From Eledone cirrhosa (Eukaryota), in the NCBI GenBank assembly GCA_964016885.1, contig OZ024742.1:161634001-161698000 (forward strand): DNA of 64,000 bases, read 5' to 3'. Made by a program: the position numbers and the translations under genes. Within the stretch, counting starts at the first letter, position 1. Every line of letters starts with the position of its first letter. The notes below the pieces were generated by a model. That model was not told where the DNA came from, made no database searches, and saw only the letters and a list, made by a program, of their open reading frames with translations. This document shows, in pieces, positions 40,386-53,910 of the stretch.

Positions 40386-40392
40386 ATATATA

Positions 40393-40961
40393 TGGGATAA
40401 CAAGTTATCATTTTAGGTAATCCAGTTAGAGGTTGTGAGTACTCTGTACTATGGACAGTTTTAACGTACAGCGTTATTTGACTCAACAAGGTTTCCTTAG
40501 TTAGGTAGCGAGTTTGCGAGAATTCCCATACAGATCATTCTTGGAGTAATAGTAGTGAAAGAGTGAAGAATAACATGGTTGGCTGTACAAAATACAGTGT
40601 GTGTATCTGATCAAATCATCGGAATACTGTATTCCGATGATTTGTTCAGAGACACACACTGTATTTAAGGTCGAGTGACGCAATTTCGAGAGATTAGTGG
40701 CCTTTGGACTCACCTGTTCAATGAAACAATTGTTAATACTGTAAATAAAACCCTTTTTGTACAGCCGACCATGTTATTCTTCACTCTTTCACTACTATTA
40801 CTCCAAGAATGGTCTGCATGGGAATATGGGAATTCTCGCAAACTCGCTACCTAACTAAGGAAACCTTGTTGAGTGAAACAACGCTGTACGTTAAAACTGT
40901 CCATAATACAGAGTACTCACAACCTCTAACTGGATTACCTAAAATGATAACTTGTTATCCC

Positions 40962-40962
<1 letters not shown>
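40393..40962. mobile_element. Long-TIR fold-back element / MITE in (TA)n
   Basis: About 200-bp inverted arms tgggataacaagttatc... / ...gataacttgttatccca, with an internal hairpin at about 40592-40666. Confidence 0.85.
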
Positions 40963-40994
<32 letters not shown>

Positions 40995-41018
40995 TATATC
41001 GGGAGTTTTACCTGCCCT

Positions 41019-41055
<37 letters not shown>

Positions 41056-41109
41056 CCCTTCCATATACTGTACCGATTGTGTTGTTATTTCTGTTTACCT
41101 TTTACATAC

Positions 41110-44100
41110 AACATCATCATCATTTTACGTCCGCTTTTCCCTGTATGCAAGGGTGGGACGGGTCCTATTCAGCACATCTCTCCACTTGTCACGGTCCTTT
41201 GTCATCTCTTCCATGAGCTTCAGCAATCTGAGGTCCACTCTCACCATCTCCGCCTATGTTTTTCGTGGTCTTCCTCTACTGTGTTTTCCTTCGACTGGCA
41301 TTTCTTGGCACTTCTTTACCCAGCAGTCATCCTCCATGTGCATCACATGTCCATACCATCGCAGTCTTCTCTCCTGCACGCCACAACTTATCCCTCTTAA
41401 ACATAATTTCTCTCTCAACTCATCCATGCTTGGTCGTTCACATATATTGACATTGCACATCCAACGGAGCATGCTTGCTTCATTTCTCTCCAGTCGTCGC
41501 ATATCCTCTGCAGTTACTGCCCATGTCTCACTACCATGCAGCATCGCGCATCTCACACAGGCATCATATAACCGTCCTTTCATACGCAGGGAGAAACCCT
41601 TCTTTGTCAGCAGAGGAAGCAGCTCCCTAAACTTCTTCGAACCCGTCCTTATTCTAGATACTATGGGCTCGGAACACCCCCCCCCCCTGCTAATCTGATC
41701 ACCTAGGTACCGGAAGCTATCAACCACTTCTATAGAACCTATCTGCATTTGAAAAATGTGTATATCAATTTCCCTGTCCAATTTCCCTGTACATCTACTG
41801 CATACATATTTTTTCCTACCTGTTAGTTTGCCTGCTATCCCACTACATCTCTTGTGTACCCAAGATCTGCATTGTGTACATTTTATAGAATTTATGCCAG
41901 TTCCTTTTCTGCATATCGAACATGGCCATTTCCCTGACGGAATCAGAGTTTTGTCTTCTTTTCTACTTATCAACACTTTTGTTTTAGCTAGGTTCACTCT
42001 CAGCCCTCTTAATTCTAACTGCTGTTTCCATAGCCATAATTTATTCTCTAGCTCCTCTACTGATTCTGCTATAAGGACCAGAACGTCAGTATAGAGAAGT
42101 TCCCATGGGCAGTCTTAAACTCCTCTGTTATGACTTGGAGGACTATAATGAACATGAGCGGGCTGAGGACCGAACCCTGAAGTACTCCTACTTCTGGAAT
42201 TCCTCACTAAACTCCATTCCTACCCTCACTTTACTGACAGCACTTCTGTACAAAACTTGCACTGTCCTCACAAGCCATTCCTCAACACCTAGTTTCCTTA
42301 GGGATCACCGGATGACAGATCGAGGCACCCTATCAAAGGCCTTCTCTAGGTCAACAAACGCTAAGTATAGTGGCTTATTCTTCTCTAAGAACCTCTCTTG
42401 TAGTTGTCTCACTAAGAAGAGGGTATCTGTTGTACTTTTCCCAGGCACAAAACCAAACTGCAGCTCATCTAGTTTGACCCTTTCTCTAATTAGTTGCGTT
42501 AATATCCTTTCTGCCACTTTCAAAACTTGATCCATCAGTTTTATGCCCCTATAATTGCTCCTCTCCAGAGCATCCCCTTTACCTTTGTAGCAATTTATGA
42601 GAATACTGCTGCACCAGTCTTTGGGTATGACACCGCCATATATAGCTTGATTGATGATGCGTGCAACCAGTTTAGTGCCTACGTCCCCTGATACCTTCAG
42701 CATCTCAGCAACTATCCCCGATGGTCCAGCGGCCTTAGCATTTTTTATTTCCTTAATTGCTTCTTGGACCCTATATTCGTCAATCTCAATAGCTGGTCCC
42801 TCTGTCGGATCTACTGGGGGTAATTTCTTTCTCTCCCATTCGTTCTCTACATTCATCAGTCTCTCATAATGACATTTCCAGGCCTCCTTTTTTTGATCAT
42901 TCGTGACACTAAGTACACTGGCATCATTCCGGACACACTGCCTTGCAATGCGGAACACTGCACGTCTCTGATCTTCCCATTGCAGAACATTGGCAAACCT
43001 CCTACTATCAGCCTTCCTGTGTGCTAAGTACACCTGATGTCTAGCTTCTCTCTTAGCGGCTGTGTATCCTTCTCTACTCCCACCATTTTTCCAAGCATTC
43101 CATGCTAGTCTTTTGTCTCTAATGGCCCTATCTACCATGCTGTTCCACCACCAGGTCACTCTCTGTCTGGTTGGAGCTCTGCACCAGCCACAAGTTTCTT
43201 CAGTAGCCTGCAGTAAGTTGTTATGTAAGAAATTCCAGTTATCATATATGTCATACGACTCTAAATCGTCTTCTTTTTCGTCATATACATCTTGAAGGGA
43301 TTTCCTAAATTTATATTTTAGTGAAAGGTCTTTTAGCTTCCAGACCTTTCTTTTCCACACCTTCCTGTATGTCTCATTCTGTCTCTTGCTTACTAAGATG
43401 TCACTAACGATTAACCTATGCTGTGGGGTACATTCTTCCCCAGGGTATGCCTTAGTATTAGACACCATCAGTCTGTCTCGCTGCCTAATTAGCAAGAAGT
43501 CAATCTGGGTTATGTGCTCGTCTGATGTGTAGGTTATTAGGTTGGCAGGTTTCTTGAAGTTAGTGTTGCAAATGGTTAGTGCACTTGCATCACAAAATTC
43601 AAGAAGCCTCACTCCTTCTTCATTTCTTGAGCCATAACTGTGCCCACCATGTATCCCAGTGTATCCATCCTGGAGCTGTCCAACATGACCATTGAAGTCC
43701 CCTGCTTGCATAATGATGTCTCTGTCCTCTGTCATTGTGGCTGTTTGTAAAAGTTGCTCATAAAAGCAGTCTTTCTCTTCTTTACCTAGGCCTGCCTGGG
43801 GAGCATAGACAGAGATGATTGTCAGTAGTCTCCCACCTACAACTAATCTAAGCTTAATTATTCTATTACTAACTCTAACTACCTCTATTGTCTTATCAAT
43901 CCATCTCTCAGCCAGTAAAACGTTTACCCCACCTAACCTATCATCATTACCCACCCAGAAAAGCTTATATCTAAGATGTTTGCCTGTGATTAGTCTGAGA
44001 TTAGATCTACCTGTTATAGTTCCAACATTAAGTGTGGCAACTCTGAGATGCGACGTTTTCATACTCTTGTTCTTGTTCCTGTTGTGTGATTGCTTGATGA

Positions 44101-44170
44101 TGGTCCGGGGTTCTCGCACATGGCCGCACCAGCCACCCCACTACCGTGCGCAGCCCTAACATGGTTAGTG
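41110..44170 (-). mobile_element. Near full-length RTE-clade LINE (APE + RT), inactivated
   Basis: APE motifs TLNVGT, SVYAPQ, GDFNGH, QIDF. RT motifs NYRGIKL, QFGF, FVDLEKAFD. Catalytic YADD reads YTDV. Stops, small deletions and a (GAT)n tail. Confidence 0.93.
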
Positions 44171-44280
44171 TTATTGCTGTTTATGCAGTTGTTGTTGTGC
44201 AGTTGCTTGATGACATATGCATATATGTAAACATGTGTGTGTGCCTGTATATATATATAGATATATATATATATAGATAG

Positions 44281-44382
<102 letters not shown>

Positions 44383-44810
44383 TAATATATATCTTCATGA
44401 TTTAATGTTCAGTGTGTGTTTCTGTGTGTGTGCGTGTGATGTGCGTGCACACACATAAATAAATAAATAAATAAATGACATACATATTTCAATATAAATC
44501 TCCCTTAGGCATTAGCATTTATAAAGCCTAATATACCTAGTTAAGCCCCTTTTGAAATAGTACATTTCAGACCTATTTAAACCAATTAACAATGGATGAC
44601 TTTGTTCCAGTAAGTTCAACCTTCCATCTGTTTGTTTAAGAAGAATCATATACTCCCAGTTTATTTATTTCTCTGTTGCTCAACAGCTTTTATTGAGTTA
44701 TTAAATATGTTGTAGATATTTTATAAAACCAAATGTAGGTGGTCGTAAATATGTCATGTGCTTAGATATTCTTTGAGCATAAGATATGTATCTATAATGT
44801 ATATATTCAT

Positions 44811-44867
<57 letters not shown>

Positions 44868-44887
44868 TCTATAATGTATATATTCAT

Positions 44888-44932
<45 letters not shown>

Positions 44933-44956
44933 CCTAATAATAATAATAATAATAAA

Positions 44957-47801
44957 AACCTTCTCCGATCTGACATAGAAATTTTAACAAACTATAAAGT
45001 AGGTGAACATGTTAAACAAACTAAACTTAGAAAATTGAAAAAAAAGTACAGTATAAGATCAACATGTGACATAGACATGCTGATAGAAACAATCAAGCAA
45101 AAAGTGTCGGCCAAAGCTGCTCGTATAAGGCGCTTTGAAAAACGATCTAGATTCTATAAGGACAATAATATGTTCAAAAACAACCAAAGAAACTTCTACA
45201 GAAAAATTGGTAAGTCAACAATAACTGCTAAATCAATACCACCCAAGGAGGAAGTGCAAGAATTCTGGGAAAAGATCTGGGCCGAAGAAAAAGTTCATAA
45301 CATACATGCCCCATGGATAGACAGACAAATGAAAGAAACAGCTCACCTTGAAGAACAAACATGGGAAAATATAACAGTTGAACAGCTGCGCTTGGCTCTA
45401 AGAAAAACCAGCAAATGGAAATCCCCAGGAAAAGACAAAATACAAAACTTTTGGATAAATGCCTTCACAGAGTCTCATGAGCTGTTAGCCCAACTTTACA
45501 ATGAAATAGTTAAGGAGCCAGAAAAGATACCATCATGGCTAGTTAACGGCATTACATTCCTGCTACCGAAGAATGATGAGACAAACAATCCCAAAAATTA
45601 CAGACCGATAACCTGCTTGACCACAATGTATAAAATTTTAACATCAGTCCTAACTGAATACACATATGACCACCTGATAACAAATGACCTATTTCCCATT
45701 GAGCAGAAAGGGTGTAAACGAGGCTCATATGGCTGTAAGGATCAGCTTCTGGTTAACAAAATGATACTGGAAGATTGTCATAATAGACACAAAAATCTAT
45801 CGATTGCTTGGATAGATTATAAAAAAGCATTTGATAGTTTGCCACACAGTTGGATTGAAAAATGTTTAGAGATTTTCAAAATATCCCCCGTTGTCAGGAG
45901 GTTTTTGTCATTCAGTATGAGGACATGGAGAACGACACTCCTTTTGAATAGTGAAACAAAATCACTGGAAGCTGGAGAAGTTAACATTAATTGTGGAATT
46001 TTTCAGGGTGACTCTTTATCACCGCTTTTATTCTGCATCGCACTTATACCATTAAGTAAAATGCTCAATGAAACAAAACATGGATATAGAGTCTATGACA
46101 AAACCATTAATCACCTGTTCTACATGGATGACCTGAAACTATTCGCAAAAAATGATGAACAATTGCAAGGGTTGTGAAGCAGTTCAGTGATGACATTAAA
46201 ATGGAGTTTGGACTGGATAAATGCGCCAAAGCAACGTTCACCAGAGGAAAGCTGCTGAAGAGTCCAGACATTAATCTTGATCGGGGGAACGTGATAAGAG
46301 AGCTTGATCAAGAACAAACTTACAAATATCTAGGTGTTTGTGAAGGAGACGGAATCAAGCACTCGACAATGAGGGAAAGGATAAGGAAGGAATGTTACCG
46401 CAGAGTCAGAGCAATCTTAAGAACGGAATTGAATGCAAGGAATAGGATCGATGCCATAAACACGCTTGCCATACCAGTAGTAACCTATAGTTACAATGTC
46501 ATCAACTGGTCAAGCACAGAGATCCGTAGGCTCGATACAAAAATCCGAAAATTCTTAACCATGCACAGAATGCATCACCCTAAGGCAGACATAGATAGAA
46601 TATATCTCCCTAGGAAAGAAGGAGGACGTGGGTTAATCCAGTTAGACATTGCGTTGAAAACTGCAACAATTGGATTATCCACATATCTAAGGGAATCACA
46701 TGATTGGATGATCAAACTCGTTTTGAAACACGAAAGCACCAAAAGATCATATTCCATTACAAAAGATGCACAAAGATACAGTAATGGACTACAAATTTCA
46801 GAAGTCCCATTTACTGCTGAAATGGAAAACACAGAAAAAGCAAAGCAGGTAAAAGTAACTGCAAAGAAAGAACTGCTACAGAAACTGGCTAAGAAATGGC
46901 AAGAAAAGCCTCTGTATGGAAAATACCCAGAGCGAGCTAACAATCCTGATGTTGACAAAGCTTTAACCCATCAGTGGTTGGCATCCTCTGGACTGAAATC
47001 GGAGACTGAAGGACTGATTATATCCGCACAAGATCAGTGTCTGCCAACAAAAAATTACCAAGCCAACATAATAAAAAATGGGTGCAGCCCATTATGCCGT
47101 GTATGCAAAAAACAACCAGAGACCATTGACCATATAATTTCAATGTGCAGTCCTATAGCTCCAACCGAATACCTAAACAGGCATGACAGAGCTGCACAAT
47201 ACATACATTGGATAATGTGTAAGCATTTTGACCTGCCCCATCAAAAGAATTGGTGGGAGCATCAACCACCTCCCATACTTGAAAAAGATCACATCTCAAT
47301 CTTGTGGAACTTTAGCATCCAAACAGACCGAAAAATAGATGCAAATAGACCTGATATAATATTGAAGGACTTTCAAAGGAGGGTATGCCTGCTAATTGAT
47401 ATGTCTGTTCCAATAGACAAGAATGTATCTATAAAAACATTTGAAAAATTGAGCAAGTATAAGGACCTGGAGATAGAAATTGGAAAAATGTGGAAATTGA
47501 GAACTAAAACAATACCAGTGGTTGTAGGCGCTCTGGGAATGATACCTAAGGGGTCTAACGACTACTTATCGCAAATCCCAGGAAACCCGCGTATAGGAGA
47601 AATACAAAAGATAGTACTAATGGGAACTGCCCATATACTAAGGAAGATCCTGTCAATATAAGTACATCACAAGTCTAAACACTAAGGATGCATGTGTGAA
47701 TATGTGTGTTCTTTCTTGAACATGGCGGACCTTGTTGTCTCTTGAGGTCACTGGTTGTGACTTGGTGATAACTCGTATAAACATAAAGCAAGATAAATGC
47801 A
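44957..47801 (+). mobile_element. Dong/R4-clade non-LTR retrotransposon, 5'-truncated (RT + CCHC + restriction-like endonuclease)
   Basis: NYRPITCL, WIDYKKAFDS, IFQGDSLSP, YMDD, CRVC..ETIDHIISMC, RHD, RPDII, IDMSVP, KLSKY. One frameshifting deletion near 46175. (TAA)n on both sides. Confidence 0.92.
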
Positions 47802-47820
47802 AATAATAATAATAATAATA

Positions 47821-50800
47821 ATGTTTTCTTTATTAACCACAAGGGTTTACATAAAGTAGACATTAAGGACAGTACAGGACAATACAGGACGGTACAAATG
47901 GGCATTTCTGCGTGTAAAAAACAGAGGATGTAATAAAATAACAAAGAAAAATTCCCCAATAGGGGGGAGACTTCCGAGGGACATTTGTGGAGAAAGCCCA
48001 TTAAAAGACCACAGTGACCCTGACCACCAGGGCAAGTGCCCTCTCCCAGTTTTCCACCTTTAATTTACAGACACATACTCAGAGAAGGCCCATTCATTCG
48101 GGCCATACTTGCCTCTCTCACCCATCTTTCAACAAAATGCTGGGAAGAGAGCACTTCCCTCTCTACCCTGATTTTCCTTTTCAAATGAAATTTGAAAAAG
48201 TTAATCAGGGCATCACCGAAGAGGTAAGTGCTCGTCTTCAGCCCTTTCAAACGTGTCCACCATACTATCTCTTTCGCCATGGCCACCAGACAGATAAAAA
48301 CTGCCTGCCCTTCCCGGCTAAAGGAAGAGGGCGGGGCAATCCTCACGATGGACTCAGCTGATAGCTGGATCCGTCCTACACGTGACAGCAGGTGTTCGAC
48401 ATAAACCCACAAGTCAGCAATGCTCGGACACTGGACGAGTGCGTGCAGGACGGTTTCGTCGCCCTGTGCGCATCTCTGACATGCCCGGCTGACGGCACCT
48501 CCATGCCTGTAGAGTTTATCCCGAACTGGCAAAGCACCCCGGTAGCACTGCCAGGCCAGGGATTTCTGGAAGTTGTCCATAGGCCGCGGCCCGAAAGTCC
48601 TTCCGAAAAGATTGGCTAGTTGATTTTCGTCGACGCCTAGAGTTTCTCCAAGTACGTCGTCGCTCTTACCCTCTACTAATCCCCTATAGAACGCCAAGGT
48701 GGAGTTTCCACCGATCACATTGCCCGATTGGTCGAGGGCTGTGAGCGCCTGAAGACATTCCAGTCTCCAAGCGCTCCTTCTCGGTCTTCACTTGACCCAG
48801 GACTGCAGCTCCGTCAAGGAGACGAGCTGGGGAAAAACGTGTCTAGCAAACGGCGACCACACCTGATCACCGTCGAGGAAGAGGTGGAGATGTCGTAGCC
48901 TGAGCGCGTGTCTGCGCATCATCAGCCACGGCATGCCCAGCCCTCCACGTAGCGGGTGTTGACAGCAGATGGACCGCCTGACCATCGGAGCGCGTCCCTT
49001 CCACAAGAAGCAAAAGAGCAAACGCTCCAGCGCAGTCAGGCGGGGCTTAGAACAAGGTACGACGGTCAGGCGGTAGTAGATGACGGACGCGATGTACGCG
49101 TTAGCCACCTCCGCTCGACCTTTCAGGGATAGCTTCCTCTCGGCACATTTCTGGGTGAGAGAAGCCACCCTGCTCGTCACCTCGTCCCAGTTTTTGTCCG
49201 TCTGGAGGTCTGGACCGAACCAGACCCCTAGCAATTTAACCGGTCCGTCCGTCCAGCCTCTGAAGACGGGCCCAAAGCCAGCCGCCCTCAGGACTGCCGC
49301 TAGGTAACGATGGTCGACCCTATCGAAGGCTTTCGACTGATCTAAATTGATCAAAGACCCACCCGTGCCAGGTTCCCTAGCTACCCTCTCATGTATCGCA
49401 TGAGGTGGAGGTTGTCGTGAATGGATCTGTCGGGAATGGCGCATGTCTGTTCCTCTCCCACCAGACCACCAACGATAAGCGCCAACCTCTTTGCTAGCAC
49501 CTTGGCCAAAATCTTGAACTCTGTGTTTAGCAGAGTTATGGGCCTAAAATTATCTATGTTATCCCCCTTGTTCGGATCCTTTCTCAGCAGCGCCACCGCT
49601 CCTCGGCTTACAGAGCTGGGAATTCTCCCGTTCTGTTGCCAGTTGCAGTAGACGTCCGCCAAGAGGCCTCCGAACAAGTCTGGCATTTGTACGTAAAGTT
49701 CATAGGGCAGACCATCCAAACCAGGCGATTTACCCCTTGTGCAGCCAGTCATTGCCTCCCGTACTTCAGCGGCTGTTATCGGCTTTTCGCAACACTCCGC
49801 TTCAGTGGCCGAGAGCCGCGGCAGTCCGTCGAGGTAGACACTAAAGTCCATCCCTCGATCCGGCCCGCCGCTGCCCCCGAACAGCTGTGCGAAGTGTTGC
49901 TGAAAAGCTTCACACATTTTCCCGGGATAGAGTAGCATGCGCCCGTCGTGGTCCACCAAAGACCGGATCGTGGCTTTGTTGCCATGACGCGCCTCCGCCA
50001 CTCGGGCCCATTGAACGGCTTTCGTCCCCTCGTGTCTGAGAGCACGCACCCTAGCTCTGACAACGCAGCCTTCGTGCTTTGCATTGAAGAATTGGTCAAG
50101 GGCCGATTTCGCCGCAAGTACGTCGGTCGCGATGCCTTTGCTAAGCGCCTCGTCTAATTTTCTAACTAATTCTCCCTCTGCTCTATTTTTCTCTATTGCT
50201 AAAGCCTTACTAAACCTAATGGACTCTATTCTAATTGCTCTTTTCAGAGCAAACCACCACTTGTTGTTGATGATGGCCCCCGTCAACGCCCGCTTAACTA
50301 GTTCGCTAATCCGGTCTCTGTAGGCCTTGCGCGCCGGTAAGGATGCGTTTAGCTTCCAGTAGTCGGGTCCTCGTCTATGAAGCCTATCTAAGTTAAGCAC
50401 ACAGATCACGAATTTGTGGTCTGTGTAGCTGACTATCTTGAATTGTGGACAGCCTATGCTAGACCTATCTATTTCCCTACAAAATACTCTATCTATATAT
50501 GACCTGGATGACCCTATCCGATTTGTCCAAGTCCACATTGGCATATTCGGGAAATCCAATCGGTACCTGTCAGAAAGTTCAAAACGCCTGAGCAGGTTGG
50601 TGAGGCTCTTGCACCCTCCTCCCCTATCCGCTGATCCCACACAGTCCCAGCGTGCATCTAAGATCCCGTTCCAGTCGCCCACTAACACTAAAGAGCGGGA
50701 CGTTCCAAGAAAGGTCTCCAGACGCCGGAAGAGATCAGGCCGCCCTGCTCCTGTCGGGGCATAGACGGCCACTAGCCTGAAAGCTTGCCCGTCTCCGCTG

Positions 50801-53262
50801 GTCACGTCCAGCACCACCAACTTACCTTCTGGGTCCAGGAAGATGGCCCGTATGGCGAGATCCAAACCTCTCCGAAAAAGAACAGCAACTCCGCACCCCC
50901 GATCCCGGACGGCTGGGAGATGCGTACACATCGTAGCCGCCGAAGATCGGTGCGAAGGCCTGTGATTCGGAGATTCTGGTCTCGCTGATGGCCACGACAT
51001 CTATGTTTAGTGACCTGGGGTCGTTGAGCAGGTGGCCCTGCTTCCATGATGACCCCAAGCCACGCGCATTTATGCTACCTATTCTGAGGTCATGTTGAAA
51101 TGGAGTGGAAAAGATGGGAAAGACCACTTACCTTATTTCTCGTAGAGGAAGGACGGTTTCTCCATCCTTTTCACTGCTTGTGGCCTCCTCAGGAAGGATG
51201 TCCTTATAAATCCTCCTGGAGAGTGCTTGTCGGAAGTCTCCGATGTCTTTGGGGAATTTTTGTTTTAGTGTCATGTACGTTTTCTGTGTGATACGAGTGA
51301 TTTGTATGTGTAGAGGTGGTGTGAACTTTTGGGTTGTTGTGTAGTCTTTTTCTGTGATACTGGTGCTGTGTTGGATGTAGTGTAATAATTGGTTGTTGTT
51401 CAAATTTAATGCTGTGTAGTGTGTATCGTTTTGGTTGTTTTGTTTTGTTTGTGTTTGTTGTGGGTTTGTTTCTGTTTCGCTTTTTGGTGACTTTTGTGGT
51501 GTAAGTGATGGTGGTGTTGGGGTTAATGATGGTGATGGGGTTGGTGATGCTGGTGTGGATGGTGGCATATCTGTCCTAACTTTTTTGTTTGATAGTTTAT
51601 TTGTTTCCCTCTGTATTTTGTTTTTGGAGGGGGAAGGAAGAGAATTTTTTCTTTTTGGGGTTTTTTTTTCTTTTTTCCTGATACCGTTTCCCACTCCTCG
51701 TCGTCACAATCTGTCTCCAGTTGTGATAGGCCGGGGAGTGGAAAATCCTCCACAGGCGTTAATTTTGGTTGTGGCGTGGTGGATGGTGTAGGCGCTGGTG
51801 CTAGTTCTGGCGCGTTGGGTGGTGGTGGTGTTGGTTTTGCTACTGTTGCTGGGGTTGTTGCTGTTACAGTTGCTTATGTTGTTGCTGCTACAGTTGTTGC
51901 TGCCATCTCTGCTGCTGGTGGTGTTGATGGTTGAGTCACTGGGGTGGGTAGGAGAGGTGGCCTCAACCTTTTAGCCTGAGGACAGAAAGCCCTTAGGTTG
52001 GTTCCTTCACCACAAACGACACACCTAGGCCTTCTGCCCTCGATAATTACGGTGAGGTGGCTGCCGTCAGTGAGGTCTATTACCTCTGGGATCTCCTCAA
52101 TGCTTTTTTGGTACGCTTGGATCAGGAGCTCCATCCCAGATCCGGACCAGTTCTCCTGCTTTTCTTTCGCTATTTCGATTAGCTTGGTGTTGGCTTCGAT
52201 GCCGGCGAGGACGGCAGCTATTAGCCAGGGAATTTCGATGGCTGGTGGAACGTGGGTGACCCTGATCTTTACGAGTCTCTGGCCACAATAGCTTGGGACG
52301 AGTGTGAAGTCGTCATTTCTTAATGGGGCCATGGAGTGTTCTCTAGCCTCCTGTGGTGTTTCAAAGAACACGTCCACGGTTCCATACTTCTGCCCACGTC
52401 TGATGTGGGTTTTTTTGGCCCACACATGTCCCAAAGCTTTTTGGATTTGGGACTCGGATGCCCGTTCCACTCGGCGCGATTTTATATTAATTGTTCGATA
52501 AGACACGGTGCATAGGCGCCGATGCTCCATTTTATTAGGTGTGTGTTGGGGGGGGGGGGGGCTGACCCTGTACCCATCTTTCTTTACCATTTTTTTGGCT
52601 TCTTCTAATTCCTCCTGAGTTACCTAAAATGCTTCGCACTGTTTTGCTACTCTGGCAAAACTCAGGGTGGTTTTCTTAATGTCATTGTTGCTGTTGTTGT
52701 TATCGTTATTTTTGTTGTTATTAATTTTAGTTTCAGTTGTGGTGGTGGTGGCGTCAGTGGTGTTCGGTGTGGAAGAGTTCATTTTGGTTGAATTCATTTC
52801 GATATCACGAGTTAATTTATTTTTTTCTTTTGTTTCTGTTGTCGCGGTGGTGGTTGTGGTGGTGGTGGTGGTGGCGGCTTTAACATCTGCAGTCATTGGT
52901 AATGGCGGGAAATGAATGTCTGCCTGAAACAAATTTAAAATATTGCTACTGCTTATATTTTTAGTGTTGGCAAATGTAGTAATATTTACAATGGTGGTGT
53001 CGGTGTGAGGTGTTAGTTTGTGAGAAAGGAGTGACTCTGAGTCAGCCATGATTTTTCAAAGAAACATTTTTGTTTGATAATTATAAAAGTTTAAATTTTG
53101 GGCTCAAGGCCCCAATCTTTTTGGGTGTCCTTTTCAGATAACAATATATGTGCACTTATATACAGTTAATAATAAAAATTTTCCATGAATGGCAATTTTA
53201 AACAACTGAAAATAACAAACCTTTGCGGAGCTCACGATGATACGATTTACTACGTAGGTCGC
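47821..53262 (-). mobile_element. Tx1/L1-clade LINE with ORF1 and ORF2, decayed
   Basis: ORF1 53049-51128 has two stops, one frameshift and a knuckle-like CVVC..NLRAFC. ORF2 has APE (SINARGL, AVYAP, GDWN, YIDR, TDH), RT (NFRPITLLN, LDQSKAFDRV) and C-terminal CQRC..ETVLHALVQC. AATAAA precedes the (TTA)n junction. Confidence 0.9.
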
Positions 53263-53263
53263 C

Positions 53264-53298
<35 letters not shown>

Positions 53299-53300
<2 letters not shown>

Positions 53301-53910
53301 GTTTCTTATATAAGCACAAGGCCAGTAATTTGGGAGGAGGGGAAAGTCGATTAAATCGACCCCAGTGCGTGACTGGTACTTTATTTTATTGACCCCATAA
53401 GGATGAAAGGCAAAGTTAACCTCGGCAGGATTTGAGCTCAGATCTTAAAGAGCCGTAACTCTATGCTGCAAAGCATAGCGTCCGACTCTCTACAAATACA
53501 GCCAACCCACCGCCCTATAATGATAATAATAATAATGGTAATAATTGTTTCTACTTTAGGCACAAGGCCAGCAATTATCCAGTGCATTACTGGTACTTTA
53601 TTTTATCGACCCCGTAAGGATGAAAGGCAAAGTCAACCTCGGCGGGATTTGAACTCAGATCGTAAAGGGACGTAACTATGCTGGGAAGCATGGCGTCCGA
53701 CCCTCTACCGATACTGCCAATCCAATGGTAATAATGGTTTCTGATTTATGCACACGGCCAGCAATTTTAGAGAAGGAGAAAGTCGATTAAATCCACCCCA
53801 GTGCATTACTGGTACTTTATTTTATCGACCCCGTAAGGATGAAAGGCAAAGCTAACCTCAGCAGGATTTGAACTCAGAATGTAAAAGGACGCAACTTTAT
53901 GCTGCAAAGT
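53299..53910 (-). mobile_element. Three tandem Nin/Deu-domain SINEs
   Basis: Three consecutive cores with (TTA)-type tails. Confidence 0.8.

Noticed and set aside
45035-47661. Programmed frameshift in the R4/Dong ORF
   Set aside because: Residues expected between LQGL and KQFSDDI appear to be missing, which indicates a deletion rather than recoding.
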